A DNA stretch of 64,000 nt from an uncultured delta proteobacterium (GCA_963802945.1 CAWDKY010000032.1:64001-128000); one strand, 5' to 3'; counted from the stretch's first letter, positions 1 through 11,585 are shown. The notes: generated by a model from the sequence alone, not told the origin. Made by a program: numbers and translations.

Positions 1-10
1 TAATTTTCAT
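1..10 (-). CDS. 5' tip of a gene running off the window (MKI...)
   Basis: Minus strand reads GGAGTGTGGT-ATG AAA ATT A; RBS plus a promoter-like module at 51-79. Confidence 0.4.
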
Positions 11-29
11 ACCACACTCCTTTGAGAAG

Positions 30-170
30 AATTTCTGTTTTGATGGAAAAACTTTAAACTTAGAAAAAGGCGGGGTCAAGGAGAAAATAGGAAGATGAAT
101 CCTAGATTAAATCCTGATCAGAGGCATTCTCATTTTATTTTTGACCAAACCCTCAAGAGACGTTACTATG
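30..170. promoter_or_regulatory. Divergent sigma70-like promoter module (repeat A on minus, repeat B on plus)
   Basis: Minus TTGACC(74-79)-17-TAAAGT; plus TTGACC(141-146)-17-TACTAT preceded by AATCCTGATCAGAGGCAT, which recurs near 3271. Confidence 0.55.
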
Positions 171-466
171 GAAACCGCAATAGCAAACCATTTGTTCGCT
201 CTGGTCGGGGATATGGGAGGTTATGCCACCAGTCAATCTAAGGTACCAACAAAACACAGGAATACCACGCCAGTAGTCGCTTCTGACGAGTTCAATACAC
301 CAGCAACTAGGGTATGGTTCACTTCAGTTATCGCACGGGTTATACTATATGAGCCAATACTATCACGGCAGAGCCTTGGACATCATTGGAAGGGGTAATG
401 GCCGACTCGCGTCGAAACTTATTTGCTAAAATAAGTATCTTTTGCCTGAAGCTTGATGTCATAACC

Positions 467-922
467 CTACTTTTTCACCCGCCTGGTAGCTTTCTCTTCA
501 AGAAGCCTTCTGATCTCCCGACGACCAAGCTTCCTCAAGGCTACCAGCACCCTTTTCTTCTCGTCCTTCGGCTTAAACTTCCCTATCTCCCACAGGTGCG
601 CAGCCCCAACCGAAACGCCGGCCAGCACAGCTAACTCCTTCTGGGAAATGCCCAAGTGCCTACGGAGGCTTCGAATCAACCCAGGAGAAAGCCGAGAGGC
701 TTTTACTTCTTCAGGTGATGCTTCCAATATTCTCTCTCTTATCCCCGATACTTTTTGCTGATGAGCTGTAGATCGCTCGAGCAGTAAAACAATCTTACGA
801 AGTTGGGAGACCTTGTTTTTCAAAAGCCGAATATCTCGAGCCAGGGGAGCTGACGTCTTATGGATCTCCCTCTTGGTCAAACGTTGAATCTCTGATTTCA
901 TAATGGATTCCATCTTGCCCAT
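467..922 (-). CDS. XRE-family helix-turn-helix protein with N-terminal coiled coil
   Basis: IRSLRRHLGISQKELAVLAGVSVGAAHLWEIGK HTH; GAGGAGG RBS. Confidence 0.8.
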   Translation of the reverse strand: MGKMESIMKSEIQRLTKREIHKTSAPLARDIRLLKNKVSQLRKIVLLLERSTAHQQKVSGIRERILEASPEEVKASRLSPGLIRSLRRHLGISQKELAVLAGVSVGAAHLWEIGKFKPKDEKKRVLVALRKLGRREIRRLLEEKATRRVKK

Positions 923-1077
923 GCATTCCTCCTCTCAGACAGTGCCCGGTTGGTTTACAAGGTTATTTTTGATAGAGATTATGATAGATTTTTAGTTATC
1001 AGGAAGTCCCTCTTGGGCTAATAAGCCCATATAAAAGAGATCTTATTTTCTTAAAGGAGTGGTTTTTCACTGGATAG

Positions 1078-1113
1078 AGTATAGGATAAGAAAAAAACCG
1101 GGTCAAGGAGAAA
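1078..1113 (-). promoter_or_regulatory. Sigma70-like promoter, repeat A copy
   Basis: TTTCTCC-TTGACC-17 nt-TATACT on minus strand. Confidence 0.6.
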
Positions 1114-1479
1114 GACAGGGATAGAGGATATCTCGGTAGAAAATGAAAAAGCTTTCCCCAAAAATTAAAAATTACGAAAGAAACCCCCAAATTTCCCCAA
1201 ACATGGTCTCTCCTGACCGAACTCAGCGAGTACACCTCCTAATGGTTGACATTAGCATGTATTTGAATTAGCGATTACGGGTTGAAATAGACAATCCGAT
1301 TCATTGGACCTTGGAGCGGACTAAAGAATAAATTTCTCAAAGGGGTCTTCGATCATAGAGAAAATATCTCCACAGAATTTTGGGAATATCGAATACGAAA
1401 GGCCTATGAGGGATCTCGGGCAACTGATCTATCTATCAACGTATTGGAAAAAGAGTGGCCCCGGAAATTTCCAGCACCT

Positions 1480-2517
1480 TCATGCTTTCAGCTTTTCAAC
1501 GACATCTCGAAGCTTTTTAAAAAGTTCTCCCTCACGTTCCGCGCAGGTAAGCATTAACTCGCTGGCCTTATCAAAATTGTCTCCGGACTGGCCTCGCTGT
1601 TTGATGATGCGCACAGCGATGACGGCAAAATGACGCCATAAATCTCCAATAGAAGTCATTTCCTGCGATAATCGGGCAAGATCATCAGAGCCGCTAAAAA
1701 GATCAGAGGCTTCCTGAAGAAAGGCCGCATACATAAAGCGAAATCCGGCGCCGCCTGTTCCTATTTCTTCCTGCATACGAATGAGATGAGCCAGTTGCCG
1801 GCAGGCTTCATTAAAACCAAACTTGTCCGGACTATCTTTAATCTTTTTAGCCAAATAACGTATGCCCCGTATGCCAAAAAGGGGCAAAGGAATTCTCAGC
1901 ATCATGTTGCAGGTATCCTTCATACCCTTGATACAGGCTGTGCGCAGATCAGGATTAGGCCGGACGGTTTTCAGATAATACATTAAACCACGCGGCTCCA
2001 GCGGCCCGCGCGCGAAACGCGCCCTTTCCAGATCTTCCGCCAGACAATCTACCGGGTGATCCAATATCGGGTCGCTCAAGCGGAAACCGTTTTCAATCTC
2101 ATGCAGAACAATCAAGTTGTGTCCGTTAAAATTAAAACGAAAACGTTTTGGAAAATAGGAAAGCCAGTAGATGTTGGTCTTCACTGCGACAACCTGTCCG
2201 GTTCGAAGTACGCGACGCAGTTCATCCATGCCTTTTTGGGGATTGCGAAAACGCTTAAAGACGAATTTTCCCCCCAGTCTTGTGGTAGCTTTGCGGAAGA
2301 TGGCTCCCGCCTGCGTCCTGTAAGTGCTGAGTGGCATCCCGACCCATTTAATAAACGGCAGATGGCCGAAAAAAATGCCGCTCCCAATGCCGAAAGCCAT
2401 GGGTTCGGAAATATCCACGCCCTCATGACGAAACAGAGCGGATGTAACGCCGGATTCGCAATGGGCAGAAAAACGATGGATAAAAGGTTTGCCGTTGATT
2501 ATGATTTCTGTCGTCAT
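1480..2517 (-). CDS. BtrH-like / C39-like cysteine peptidase domain protein (DUF4872-type C-terminus)
   Basis: AHCESG, GHNLIV, SDP and EEIGTGGAGFR motifs. Confidence 0.8.
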   Translation of the reverse strand: MTTEIIINGKPFIHRFSAHCESGVTSALFRHEGVDISEPMAFGIGSGIFFGHLPFIKWVGMPLSTYRTQAGAIFRKATTRLGGKFVFKRFRNPQKGMDELRRVLRTGQVVAVKTNIYWLSYFPKRFRFNFNGHNLIVLHEIENGFRLSDPILDHPVDCLAEDLERARFARGPLEPRGLMYYLKTVRPNPDLRTACIKGMKDTCNMMLRIPLPLFGIRGIRYLAKKIKDSPDKFGFNEACRQLAHLIRMQEEIGTGGAGFRFMYAAFLQEASDLFSGSDDLARLSQEMTSIGDLWRHFAVIAVRIIKQRGQSGDNFDKASELMLTCAEREGELFKKLRDVVEKLKA

Positions 2518-2536
2518 GAATAAATGAGTACCTTCC

Positions 2537-2944
2537 TTATACTTGATCAGGCACGGTTTTCAACTCTTCCAGAGTAATGGCCAACACTTTTGCGTATTGG
2601 ACTAAAACCGATAATTTAAGTTTTCTAAAAATATGCGGGCGGAAATGCCTCTTGACTCTGAATTTGGCTATGCCCGCTGTCTTAGCCAGAATCTTCGGGT
2701 TCATCTGACGCCGTTCCATATGGTAAACCAGCGGGCTTTTCATGCCCGCGAGTACGGCTTTTCTGGTTTCCTCCAAATTGGCCGCCAATTCATCTACAGC
2801 GAGGCCGTTAATTTCTTCTTCTGCCTTCCAGCCGATACTGGGCACAATGACATATTTCCCCTCATCATTGACAGCGTAACAGGCACGTTTTTGGTCTTCA
2901 TAATATTGAGGAACGTCATCCTGTGGAACTTCATTTGTTTTCAT
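2537..2944 (-). CDS. Conserved hypothetical protein with C-terminal HTH-like region, co-oriented with the BtrH-like gene
   Basis: 135-aa ORF, MKTNEVPQD..YAVN..GKY..GW motif; 19-bp gap to next gene. Confidence 0.7.
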   Translation of the reverse strand: MKTNEVPQDDVPQYYEDQKRACYAVNDEGKYVIVPSIGWKAEEEINGLAVDELAANLEETRKAVLAGMKSPLVYHMERRQMNPKILAKTAGIAKFRVKRHFRPHIFRKLKLSVLVQYAKVLAITLEELKTVPDQV

Positions 2945-3074
2945 GGTCGGTTTCTTTCAATAATAGTGACCTTTTCCGTCTAAACGTATTTTTTTATACT
3001 AAAATAGATACAACGCAAAGCAAAATTCTGTTACAATAATTACTCATTATTTTATTAATAATCTCAATTAATTT

Positions 3075-3335
3075 ATAAGAAGTTGCTTTTTGATGGGAAG
3101 AGTATAAGGAAAGAAGAAGACACGGTCAAGGATAAAAATAGGGCGGAAGGCAAGGGGACAAGGGGGGACTTTAAAGAAAATGGGACTATACAGGTCTGGA
3201 CTGTACAGATAAAAGTCGATAATAGGAAAAGGAAATCCGGCTCCCAATTTCTTACAGATTTTTCCCTTTAAATCCTGATCAGAGGCATCCATCCTTATTT
3301 TCCTTTTGACGAAAGCCCCGGGAGGCGTTAGTATA
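3075..3335. promoter_or_regulatory. Divergent promoter module (repeat A + repeat B)
   Basis: Minus TTGACC-17-TATACT (3101-3129); plus TTGACG-17-TAGTAT (3306-3334); ~110 bp similar to 18672-18786. Confidence 0.6.
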
Positions 3336-3400
3336 AAACAAATTCAAAGAACACCTGATCAAAATTCAAAAGGTTTGTTAGCTGTTAGCTGGAGACCAAC

Positions 3401-4153
3401 ATGAAACCCATCATTTTCTCCGTAATGAATCACAAGGGCGGTGTGGGCAAGACGACGACCGCAGTCAGTCTGGCCGCGGGGTGGGTGGAAAACGGTCGCC
3501 GGGTCCTATTGATCGATCATGATCCACAGGGCAGCGCCAGTCTGTCCCTGGGTATTGCAACCGACGGCCAGGACCTGATGAAGGCCCTGACCGCCTCAAC
3601 CGCGCTGCCGGTAGCGGAAACCGGACTTCCCGGTTTGTATCTGGTGCCTTCCGGGCAGGGACTGGTGGAGGCCCGCCAGCGTTTCAGCGGGGCCCTCGGG
3701 CTGGAACTACTGCGGAGATGCCTAGAGCGCACGCCCTGGGATTGGGACCGGGTAATCATCGACTGCCCACCCGGAGAGGAAATCCTGACCCTGGGGGCCC
3801 TGCGGACTTCCCGGTATGTCCTTATTCCCGTAGAAGTCCACTATCTGGGCCTGAATGGGATAAACCAGATCCATAAAACCATCTCCGCCGTCCAACGGGA
3901 TAACCCTCTCCTGGAAATCGGGGCGGTCATCCCCTGCCGGTCCCATCCTCGTAGAATAATCCACAGGGTAATCATGGAGAAATTGGAAACGCTTTTTCCA
4001 GGGAAGGTAGCTCCCGGGGTACGGGAATGCGTTTCCCTGGCGGAAGTCCCGGCCTCCGGGATGTCCATTTTTCAGTATGCCCCCTGGTCCAATGGGGCCG
4101 CCGATTACCTGGAAGTGATCCGCTGGCTGGAAGGCCGGTTGAAAGGCTCTTGA
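3401..4153 (+). CDS. ParA/Soj family ATPase (no parB alongside)
   Basis: Deviant Walker A KGGVGKTT, DHDPQG, IIDCPP. Confidence 0.9.
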   Translation: MKPIIFSVMNHKGGVGKTTTAVSLAAGWVENGRRVLLIDHDPQGSASLSLGIATDGQDLMKALTASTALPVAETGLPGLYLVPSGQGLVEARQRFSGALGLELLRRCLERTPWDWDRVIIDCPPGEEILTLGALRTSRYVLIPVEVHYLGLNGINQIHKTISAVQRDNPLLEIGAVIPCRSHPRRIIHRVIMEKLETLFPGKVAPGVRECVSLAEVPASGMSIFQYAPWSNGAADYLEVIRWLEGRLKGS

Positions 4154-5023
4154 CCAGCTTTTCCTCCCAGGTACCGGTAAGCAGAGGATGAGGGAAGGCT
4201 GGATCCGCCTGACCGCTATAGTTTTAAGAAAATACATGGACCAAAAAATTCAAAAGCACCTCCTCTTGGGTGTCAGTTCTCTACTTTATCCTTTTTATGC
4301 TTTTATTGATACAAGTTAGAATCAACGTCCTTTATTACGGGACTATGCGTGTCTAAACTTCAAAATAGAAGGAGATAAGAGGAACAGAAGAGGCAGACTT
4401 TCAAAATTTGGACGAACTACCCCCTCGGTGATTTTCTAATTTTCAACCAAAAAAATGATACCTACCTATCTTGATAGTTTTGAGCCAAAAAACGGCTCTT
4501 AAAAACGATCAAATCCGCACTTTCCCGGCAGGTATCCCATGGTCAGTTTTAAGGGTAGTTTTAGGAGGGTCAATTGCAACGTTGTGTTGGGGACTTCACC
4601 TACTACTACACAGAATCAAAGCGCTAATAATTTATCAATTACCAATGGAAATATGGATGAAATAGTTAGACTACCTACGGGTTTTGAACTTGAGCTGTCA
4701 TCACTCCTTTTTTAGCCAAAGCCGTCTCCTTCCTTTGGGCTAACTCAGAGCTTATCACATGTTCAGTCGGTCCAACGACCTGGGGTTCACCCCTCGGCTC
4801 TGCCGGATGTCAAGTGACTTTTTTAAACTCATATGTTCCAGAAAGATTAAAAAAATATATGTTCACTGTCATTCCACTAAGTTAAAAGGGTCGTTGGCAT
4901 TATCAAAATTTTTAAACTCGCAATTCACAACCGTAATGGTCATATCTGCATTATTACTTCTTTGTCCCTTGGCATCCACTACAAATCAAATTATGGGGTT
5001 CAAGGTTTGGCCTTTTGCGACCT

Positions 5024-5776
5024 TTAGGGGCGGTTGATCAGGTTGGCCAGGTACCCGGCCCCAAAGCCGTTGTCTATATTGACCACGGCCACGCCCGAGG
5101 CGCAGGAATTGAGCATCCCGAGCAGGGCGGCCAGGCCGTTGAAGCTGGCCCCGTAACCTATGCTGGTGGGAACGGCAATGACCGGACGTTCCACTAAGCC
5201 CCCCACTACGCTGGGCAGGGCCCCTTCCATCCCGGCCACCACAATCAAGACCGAAGCCGACAAGATCTTTTCCTGATTGGCCATCAGGCGGTGCAATCCG
5301 GAAATCCCTACGTCATATAGGTACTCCGTAGGATTGCCCATGATTTGGGCTGTAAGCATAGCTTCTTCGGCCACCGGCATATCGGATGTCCCGGCTGAAA
5401 TAACCAGGACCAGCCCACGGCCTGGCAATGTTTTAACCGGTTTGGAAAGACAGGTTAAGACCCTGGAAAGGGGATGATAGACAGCCTCGGGAAATCGCTT
5501 GCAAACTAGAGCGGCCTTTTGAGCATCCAGCCGGGTGACCAGGATGTTTTCCTTGTTTTTTTTCATCCGACCCATGATTTCTATGATCTGTTTGGCTGTC
5601 TTCCCTTCGCCGAAAATGACTTCCGGAAATCCCTGGCGCAAAGAACGATGGTGGTCGATTCGGGCAAAGTCAATATCTTCAAAAGGAAGGTATTTCATTT
5701 TTTTCACGGCCTGATCAACAGACACCTTTCCATTCTTGACCTGGTTTAAGAGTTCTTTTAAACGGTCCGGATTCAT
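5024..5776 (-). CDS. larB: Nickel-pincer cofactor biosynthesis protein LarB (PurE-like)
   Basis: DHHRSLRQGFPEVIFG, AGTSD, AGMEGALPSVVGGL, VVNIDNGFGA. Confidence 0.9.
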   Translation of the reverse strand: MNPDRLKELLNQVKNGKVSVDQAVKKMKYLPFEDIDFARIDHHRSLRQGFPEVIFGEGKTAKQIIEIMGRMKKNKENILVTRLDAQKAALVCKRFPEAVYHPLSRVLTCLSKPVKTLPGRGLVLVISAGTSDMPVAEEAMLTAQIMGNPTEYLYDVGISGLHRLMANQEKILSASVLIVVAGMEGALPSVVGGLVERPVIAVPTSIGYGASFNGLAALLGMLNSCASGVAVVNIDNGFGAGYLANLINRP

Positions 5777-5901
5777 TTTTTCTCCCTTTAAAATTCCCCA
5801 AGTTCGGGGCTTTCCGAATCATTTGGGAATTGGTTTGATTTTAAGTTCCTGTTCAGTTAGAATACATGGGTTCTCATATTCTGTCAAATGGTTCGGTTGG
5901 T

Positions 5902-6815
5902 ATGCAAAATCCTCTTTCCTGGATCGAGGTCTGTCTGACGGTTTCCCCGCAGTTGTGCGAGGCCTGCAGTTCGATCATCTTTGAAGAAACCGGTCAGGGC
6001 TCTTTTACGGAAGACCATCAGGACGAAGGCCAAGAAATGTCCAGGCTCAAGACTTATTTCCCCAGGGATGAGTCGTTCCGGGACAATCTGTTAAAACTGA
6101 AAAAAAGAATTTTCTTTTTATATGCTCATTTCCCGGATTTTCCTCCCCCGACCTGGGCATTCAGCCAGATCTTTGAAGAGAACTGGCAGGAAAACTGGAA
6201 GCAATTTTTTAAACCTCTGCGGGTATGTTCCAACATCATCGTCTGTCCAACCTGGGAAAGGTATGAACCTGAATTGGGAGAGATCGTTTTGAGGCTTGAT
6301 CCCGGCCAGGCCTTCGGCACAGGCGGCCATGCCACTACCCGCCTTTGTTTGAAGGCCATGGAATCATTGGCCGAAGACCCTAGACAGAAGGACTTTCTTT
6401 TTTCAAGGGTCCTGGATGTAGGTACGGGAAGCGGCATCCTGGCCCTGGCCGCCGCCTGTTTTCAGGCCGGATCGGTATTGGCGATTGACAACGATCCCCT
6501 GGCCGTAGAAGCCGCCCGTGAGCATGTGCATCTGAATAAAATGGAAACACGAATCCAGGTGGAATTGGCTACACCGGAAACAGTGTCCGGCCCCTTTTCA
6601 TTGATACTGGCCAATCTGACCCTTAATGATCTGGTCCCTCTGACCCCGGTTTTTAAAAATCTGCTGTCTCCTAATGGGGTCCTGGTGACCTCAGGGGTCC
6701 TGGGCTTTCAATCCCGGGACTTGATCAGGGCCTTTGCCAAGGGAAAATACCATTGAGGACCTTGGTCCTGGAAGAGGAATGGGCCTGTATCATTTTTGGG
6801 GAATCCAGAATATAG
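5902..6815 (+). CDS. prmA: Ribosomal protein L11 methyltransferase (frameshift near 3' end)
   Basis: DPGQAFGTGGHATT, VLDVGTGSGILA; C-terminal EEEWAC continues in another frame after ~6745. Confidence 0.88.
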
Positions 6816-6844
6816 GGAACAGGATCAGAAAAAAACCAACTTCT

Positions 6845-7594
6845 ATGCGACGATTTTTTATCCCACCTGAACAGCTCCTTGCCCCGGATCCGTATTTACA
6901 AGGAGATGAAGCCAGACATCTTTTGCAGGTACTGCGGATGAAGGTCGGAGACCAGGTCATGCTCTTTGACAATTCCAATCAGCAATATCAGGCCCGGATC
7001 AGCTCCATATCCGGGGACAAGGTTCATTTTGAAATTTTGGACCGACAGACCATCAGGAGGGAATCCCCCATCCAGATCATCCTCGGTTTGCCTTTGATTC
7101 GGTCCCAACCCTTTGAGTGGATGCTGCAAAAGGGTACGGAATTAGGGGTGGCGACCTTCCGTCCCTTTTATTCCGTCCACAGCCGTCGAAATTTTGAGAA
7201 AGCAGAAATGGAATCCCGTATGAAGCGTTGGCAACGGATTATCGTGGAGGCGGCCAAACAATGTGAGAGGAATGTCCTGCCCAAACTTTTTCCCGCTGTC
7301 TCCTTCACAGATATTCTCGAAGAAGAGCAAGAAGCCATCAAGATCATTCCCTATGAAGAAGAATCTTCCCGGACTTTGAAAGACCTTGAACGGCAACCAT
7401 CCCCCTCGGGCTCTGTTTTGGCCTTGATAGGACCCGAAGGGGGGTTTCATCAAGATGAAGTACAAGAGGCCCAGCTAAAAGGGTTTGTCCCCATTTCTTT
7501 GGGCCCCAGAACTTTACGATCAGAAACCGCTGCCCTGGCCCTGATCTGCCTGTTTCAATTCCTTTGGGGAGATATGGGAACAGGGAAAACCTGA
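6845..7594 (+). CDS. rsmE: 16S rRNA m3U1498 methyltransferase
   Basis: MRRFF start, HLLQVLR, IGPEGGF, LGPRTLRSETA. Confidence 0.93.
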   Translation: MRRFFIPPEQLLAPDPYLQGDEARHLLQVLRMKVGDQVMLFDNSNQQYQARISSISGDKVHFEILDRQTIRRESPIQIILGLPLIRSQPFEWMLQKGTELGVATFRPFYSVHSRRNFEKAEMESRMKRWQRIIVEAAKQCERNVLPKLFPAVSFTDILEEEQEAIKIIPYEEESSRTLKDLERQPSPSGSVLALIGPEGGFHQDEVQEAQLKGFVPISLGPRTLRSETAALALICLFQFLWGDMGTGKT

Positions 7595-7670
7595 TTCAGG
7601 GGATTTGAAGTTATTATCTCCAATCTGATCCGCCGGAGTTGAAGGGCTGTTGAAGTCCGATCGACCGAGA

Positions 7671-7720
7671 CTGGATTCTGGATACTGGATATCGGATATT
7701 TATCAAGCATCCAGTATCGG
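7671..7720. repeat. Inverted heptamer-type repeat (GATACTG/GATGCTG family)
   Basis: ctggattctggatactggat ... atcaagcatccagtatc; same family at 27404-27485. Confidence 0.6.
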
Positions 7721-7838
7721 TTTTTGGTTTTATCCAGTATCACTCTATAAACACTTTTGCCCCCAAGCAGTTCGAAAATTGGGGATAAATTCTCAGATTT
7801 AAGCTATAAGAATTTTATTGTTATTCAAGGAGGAAATC

Positions 7839-8231
7839 ATGCGCTGTCCTAATTGTGGCTATGTCAGTTTTGATTACCTGGATCGATGTGCCAAATGCAA
7901 CGCCGATTTGACCGGGGAAAGGCGAAGGCTGAACCTTCCGGGGAGACAACCAAACCCGATTTCCTTGCAGAAAATCATGGAACGAGTGCCGATCATGACC
8001 CAAAAAGAAAAAGGGCAAGAAAGGGAAGCTTCGACCGGCAAACCCCAAGGGCCGCTTACTTCCAACGAACCCAGGATCGACCTGGATCAAGGGCTTCCTC
8101 TGGATATATCATCCTCTTCGGATCTGAAAGCTGCTCCTCAGAAATCAAAAATCCCCTCCCAGGAAGAGGGCGGATTGGAATTATCGTTGGAAGGGTTGGA
8201 AGCCATTATTACTCCTGAAAAAAAGAAGTAA
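7839..8231 (+). CDS. Hypothetical protein with N-terminal zinc ribbon
   Basis: MRCPNCGYVSFDYLDRCAKC; AGGAGG RBS. Confidence 0.75.
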   Translation: MRCPNCGYVSFDYLDRCAKCNADLTGERRRLNLPGRQPNPISLQKIMERVPIMTQKEKGQEREASTGKPQGPLTSNEPRIDLDQGLPLDISSSSDLKAAPQKSKIPSQEEGGLELSLEGLEAIITPEKKK

Positions 8232-8299
8232 TATTGAATTCACTAATTCAGGTTTTTTTTCTTGACAAATTATTTGGAAACGTTTAATTCTCCATGTGT

Positions 8300-8375
<76 letters not shown>

Positions 8376-8959
8376 CGGATGCCTGTTGATTCCCGGTCAA
8401 CAGGAGTCAAAGTCTTTTCAATATACCTCCGCTTCAAATCGACTGATAACATCAAAAGAGATCTCTCGTTTAAGTGTGCTGAGCCAATTTTCGGTCACAC
8501 ACAAAAAAACAAAGTTGTCCCTCTCGGGAAAGACGATCCCCTGCTTGATAACGCCCTCTCATTACAAAATATTTTCCGACCGGTGTAGCTATTAAGGGTC
8601 CCCAAAAAATATTGACCCAATTTGGCTGTCTGGCCCCATCTAAGGCGAACCCACCTATTTTTATGTCAAGAATATTAGGAGACTTTTAATAAAAGGGTGG
8701 GGTGTCTCTTTGTTTTATCTTTCCTGGGTAGAGAAAAAAAGAAACGAGAATTTGTCGGACAGATGTGAATTTTGAGATGTTTTCATTATTGAACGAATAA
8801 GTCTTTTTTTTCAATTAGAATTTAAAAAATTCATTGACATTATTTTTTTAATATTTTAACAATTAGACCAAAAAAAGACCATAGCTGTTCCCCTATCATT
8901 AACCACCCGAATTTCCTGAAAGAGATCTGGCTTGCCTCTTTTAGTTTATAAGGTAATCT

Positions 8960-10463
8960 ATGAACGTTGCCAGGAATTTAGAACGGTCGGCCCTCTTCTT
9001 TCCCGAGCACCCCGCCCTCAGCGATGGGGAACAGGAACTCACTTATCAAACCTTAAACACCTTGGCCAATCAGGTGGCCACCTCCTTGATTCAATTCGGG
9101 GTAAAACCGGGGGATTTTATAGGCCTTTGTGCGCCCAATAGCGCCGATTGGATTATTTTCTATTTCGGAGTTCTCAAAACCGGCGCAGTGGCCGTGACTT
9201 ATTCCTATCTTCTCCAGGAAAAGGAACTTAACCTTCTGGTTCATCACTCCAAACCCAAGATGATTTTTACAACCGACAGCCGAATCCCGGAAGTGGAGAA
9301 AATGAAGGCCTCGGGAGCTTCTGGAAAAAATCATCTGCCCTCATGGTGATGTGAATCTGACTCAATTATTGGATCGGGGTCGGGAAACTTTTCAAGCCAT
9401 CGATCGCGACCGAAGCGATCCCGCCGCTGTTTTATATACCGGAGGGACCACCGGGGATCCCAAAGGGGTCCTGCTGACGCATGAAAATATCAACGTCTCC
9501 AGCCATAATGTGGCCTTCTCGGAACGATCCAGTGAATTCGACCGGGCCCTTTGTTATCTCCCCTTCAATCATGTCTTTGGTCAAATGCACATCATGAATG
9601 CCACTGTTTTGAGCGCCGGATGTCTGGAAATTTTACCGGGTTTTGATTTGGATAAGGTCCTTAAGTTAATCTCCAGGGGAAAGATCACCAAGTTTTATGC
9701 AGTTCCTACAACCTATATCCGCCTGCTCACTGAGGAAAATCTCAAAGAAAAATTGGGTAAGATACGATATTGTTTTTCGGCCGCCGCCAGTCTGGCCGGG
9801 GAGATCGTCCGGCAATGGAAAGAACGTACCGGACTGACTATTTATGAAGCCTACGGTTTGACCGAATCCGCCTCGATGGTCACCTATAACCATTTTTGTC
9901 GTCATGTGGTCGGGTCGGTCGGGGAAGTGGCACCCGGTATCGAGGTGGAGATTCGAGATCTATCGGGTAACAAACTGGGAAAAAATCAAGAAGGTGAAAT
10001 TTGTATTCGAGGGCGGAACATCATGGCCGGCTACCTCAATAATCCCAAAGATACCCAAGCGGCTTTTTGGGAGAATGACTGGTTTAGATCCGGAGATATC
10101 GGTTATCTCGATGATCAGGGATATCTTTTCATTGTCGATCGCCTCAAAGATATGATCATCACCGGCGGGGAAAATGTTTATCCCAGGGAAGTCGAAGAGA
10201 TTATTTACACCCGAAGCGAAGTGCAGGAGTGTGCGGTTGTCGGTCTTCCTGACCGGGAGTGGGGTGAAAGGGTGACCGCTTTCATTATTCCGAAACCAGG
10301 ACGGGTGATCAGCCCTCAAGATTTGAAATCTTTCCTAAAGTCTTCTTTATCCTCTTTCAAGGTGCCTAAAGAGGTGGTGACGCTGGAGGAAATGCCCAAG
10401 AGTCCAGCCGGCAAAATCCTGAAACGAGAACTGAAAAAAAGTTATTTGGAGGGAAAGAGCTGA
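8960..10463 (+). CDS. Long-chain acyl-CoA ligase (frameshift ~9320)
   Basis: YTGGTTGDPKG, YGLTES, GDIG, KSPAGKILKR; split over two ORFs. Confidence 0.88.
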
Positions 10464-10769
10464 AACGAGCCTAACGTGGTGCAAAAACCCCATCATTTAT
10501 CTTTTATTAATTATTGACTTTTGTCCCGGAAAACCCCATCCCCCTTTTGGGGAAAGGATTGCCTGCTGGTGTTGATTCGCCTGCTTGCCGGGCGACGGGG
10601 CAGACATGGCAGGCAGACATGGAGGGGAAATTCAACTTTTAACAAAACCGTCAAAATATAATATTTTTCATTCCATAGTTAAAGATTAAGCGTGTTAGTC
10701 TTTCCACCTCATTTTTATTGGTAAAAAATAATAGAGACGAATCCGGACCTGATTAGGAGTCTATGTCGG

Positions 10770-11585
10770 ATGGAAACTGATCAAGTAAAACTGCGGATCG
10801 AACACCTATCACTCAGCTTTGGCGGTGTCAGCGCACTGGTCGACATTAGCCTGGACATCCGGGACAAAGAAATACTGGCCATTATCGGACCTAACGGCGC
10901 CGGAAAGACCGCCCTTCTCAACTGCATCAACGGCTTCTACAAACCTCAAAAAGGTGAGATCGTTTATAACGGGAAAAGGATTACCCGGATGCGCCCGGAC
11001 AAGCTGGCGAGCTTGGGCATTGCTAGGACCTTTCAGAACATCGAGCTGTACACAGGACTGACCACCCAGGATAATATCATGGCCGCCCGGCATGTGCTCA
11101 TGAAGCAAAACTTCCTCACGGGTTCGCTATACTTCGGCTGGGCCGTCAAAGAGGAAATCAAGCATCGCCGGACCGTCGAGGAGATTATCGATTTCCTGGA
11201 AATAGCGCCCATTAGAAAGAAGGTGGTCGGTCTGCTGCCCTACGGAATGCGAAAAAGGGTCGAGCTGGCCAGGGCTTTGGCCCTGGAGCCGAAAGTTCTG
11301 CTGCTTGACGAGCCTATGGCCGGGATGAACCTGGAGGAAAAGGAGGATATTGCCCGGTTCATCATTGATGTCTTCGAAGGCCAGGGAGACACCTATCCGG
11401 ATACCCCGGTTCTGAGGGATGGGATCGGCTGCATCATCCTGGTCGAACATGATATGGGAGTGGTTATGGACATTGCCGACCGGATTATCGTCCTTGATTT
11501 CGGGCGAAAGATTGCCGAGGGCACCCCGGCCGAAATCAGCACCAATCCCGAGGTGATCAGCGCTTATCTGGGGAAAGGGAAATAG
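10770..11585 (+). CDS. ABC ATP-binding protein, LivG-like
   Basis: GPNGAGKT, LLDEPMAG, VEHDM. Confidence 0.92.
   Translation: METDQVKLRIEHLSLSFGGVSALVDISLDIRDKEILAIIGPNGAGKTALLNCINGFYKPQKGEIVYNGKRITRMRPDKLASLGIARTFQNIELYTGLTTQDNIMAARHVLMKQNFLTGSLYFGWAVKEEIKHRRTVEEIIDFLEIAPIRKKVVGLLPYGMRKRVELARALALEPKVLLLDEPMAGMNLEEKEDIARFIIDVFEGQGDTYPDTPVLRDGIGCIILVEHDMGVVMDIADRIIVLDFGRKIAEGTPAEISTNPEVISAYLGKGK

Noticed and set aside
176-260. c-di-GMP-I riboswitch (GCAAACC)
   Set aside because: The GNRA stem and GACGCAAAG elements are missing.
3401-5023. Replication origin or plasmid partition locus
   Set aside because: No parB, no parS palindrome, and no clustered DnaA boxes or iterons seen.
9340-9360. 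Sec read-through at the TGA splitting the acyl-CoA ligase
   Set aside because: The downstream part is in a different frame; this is an indel.
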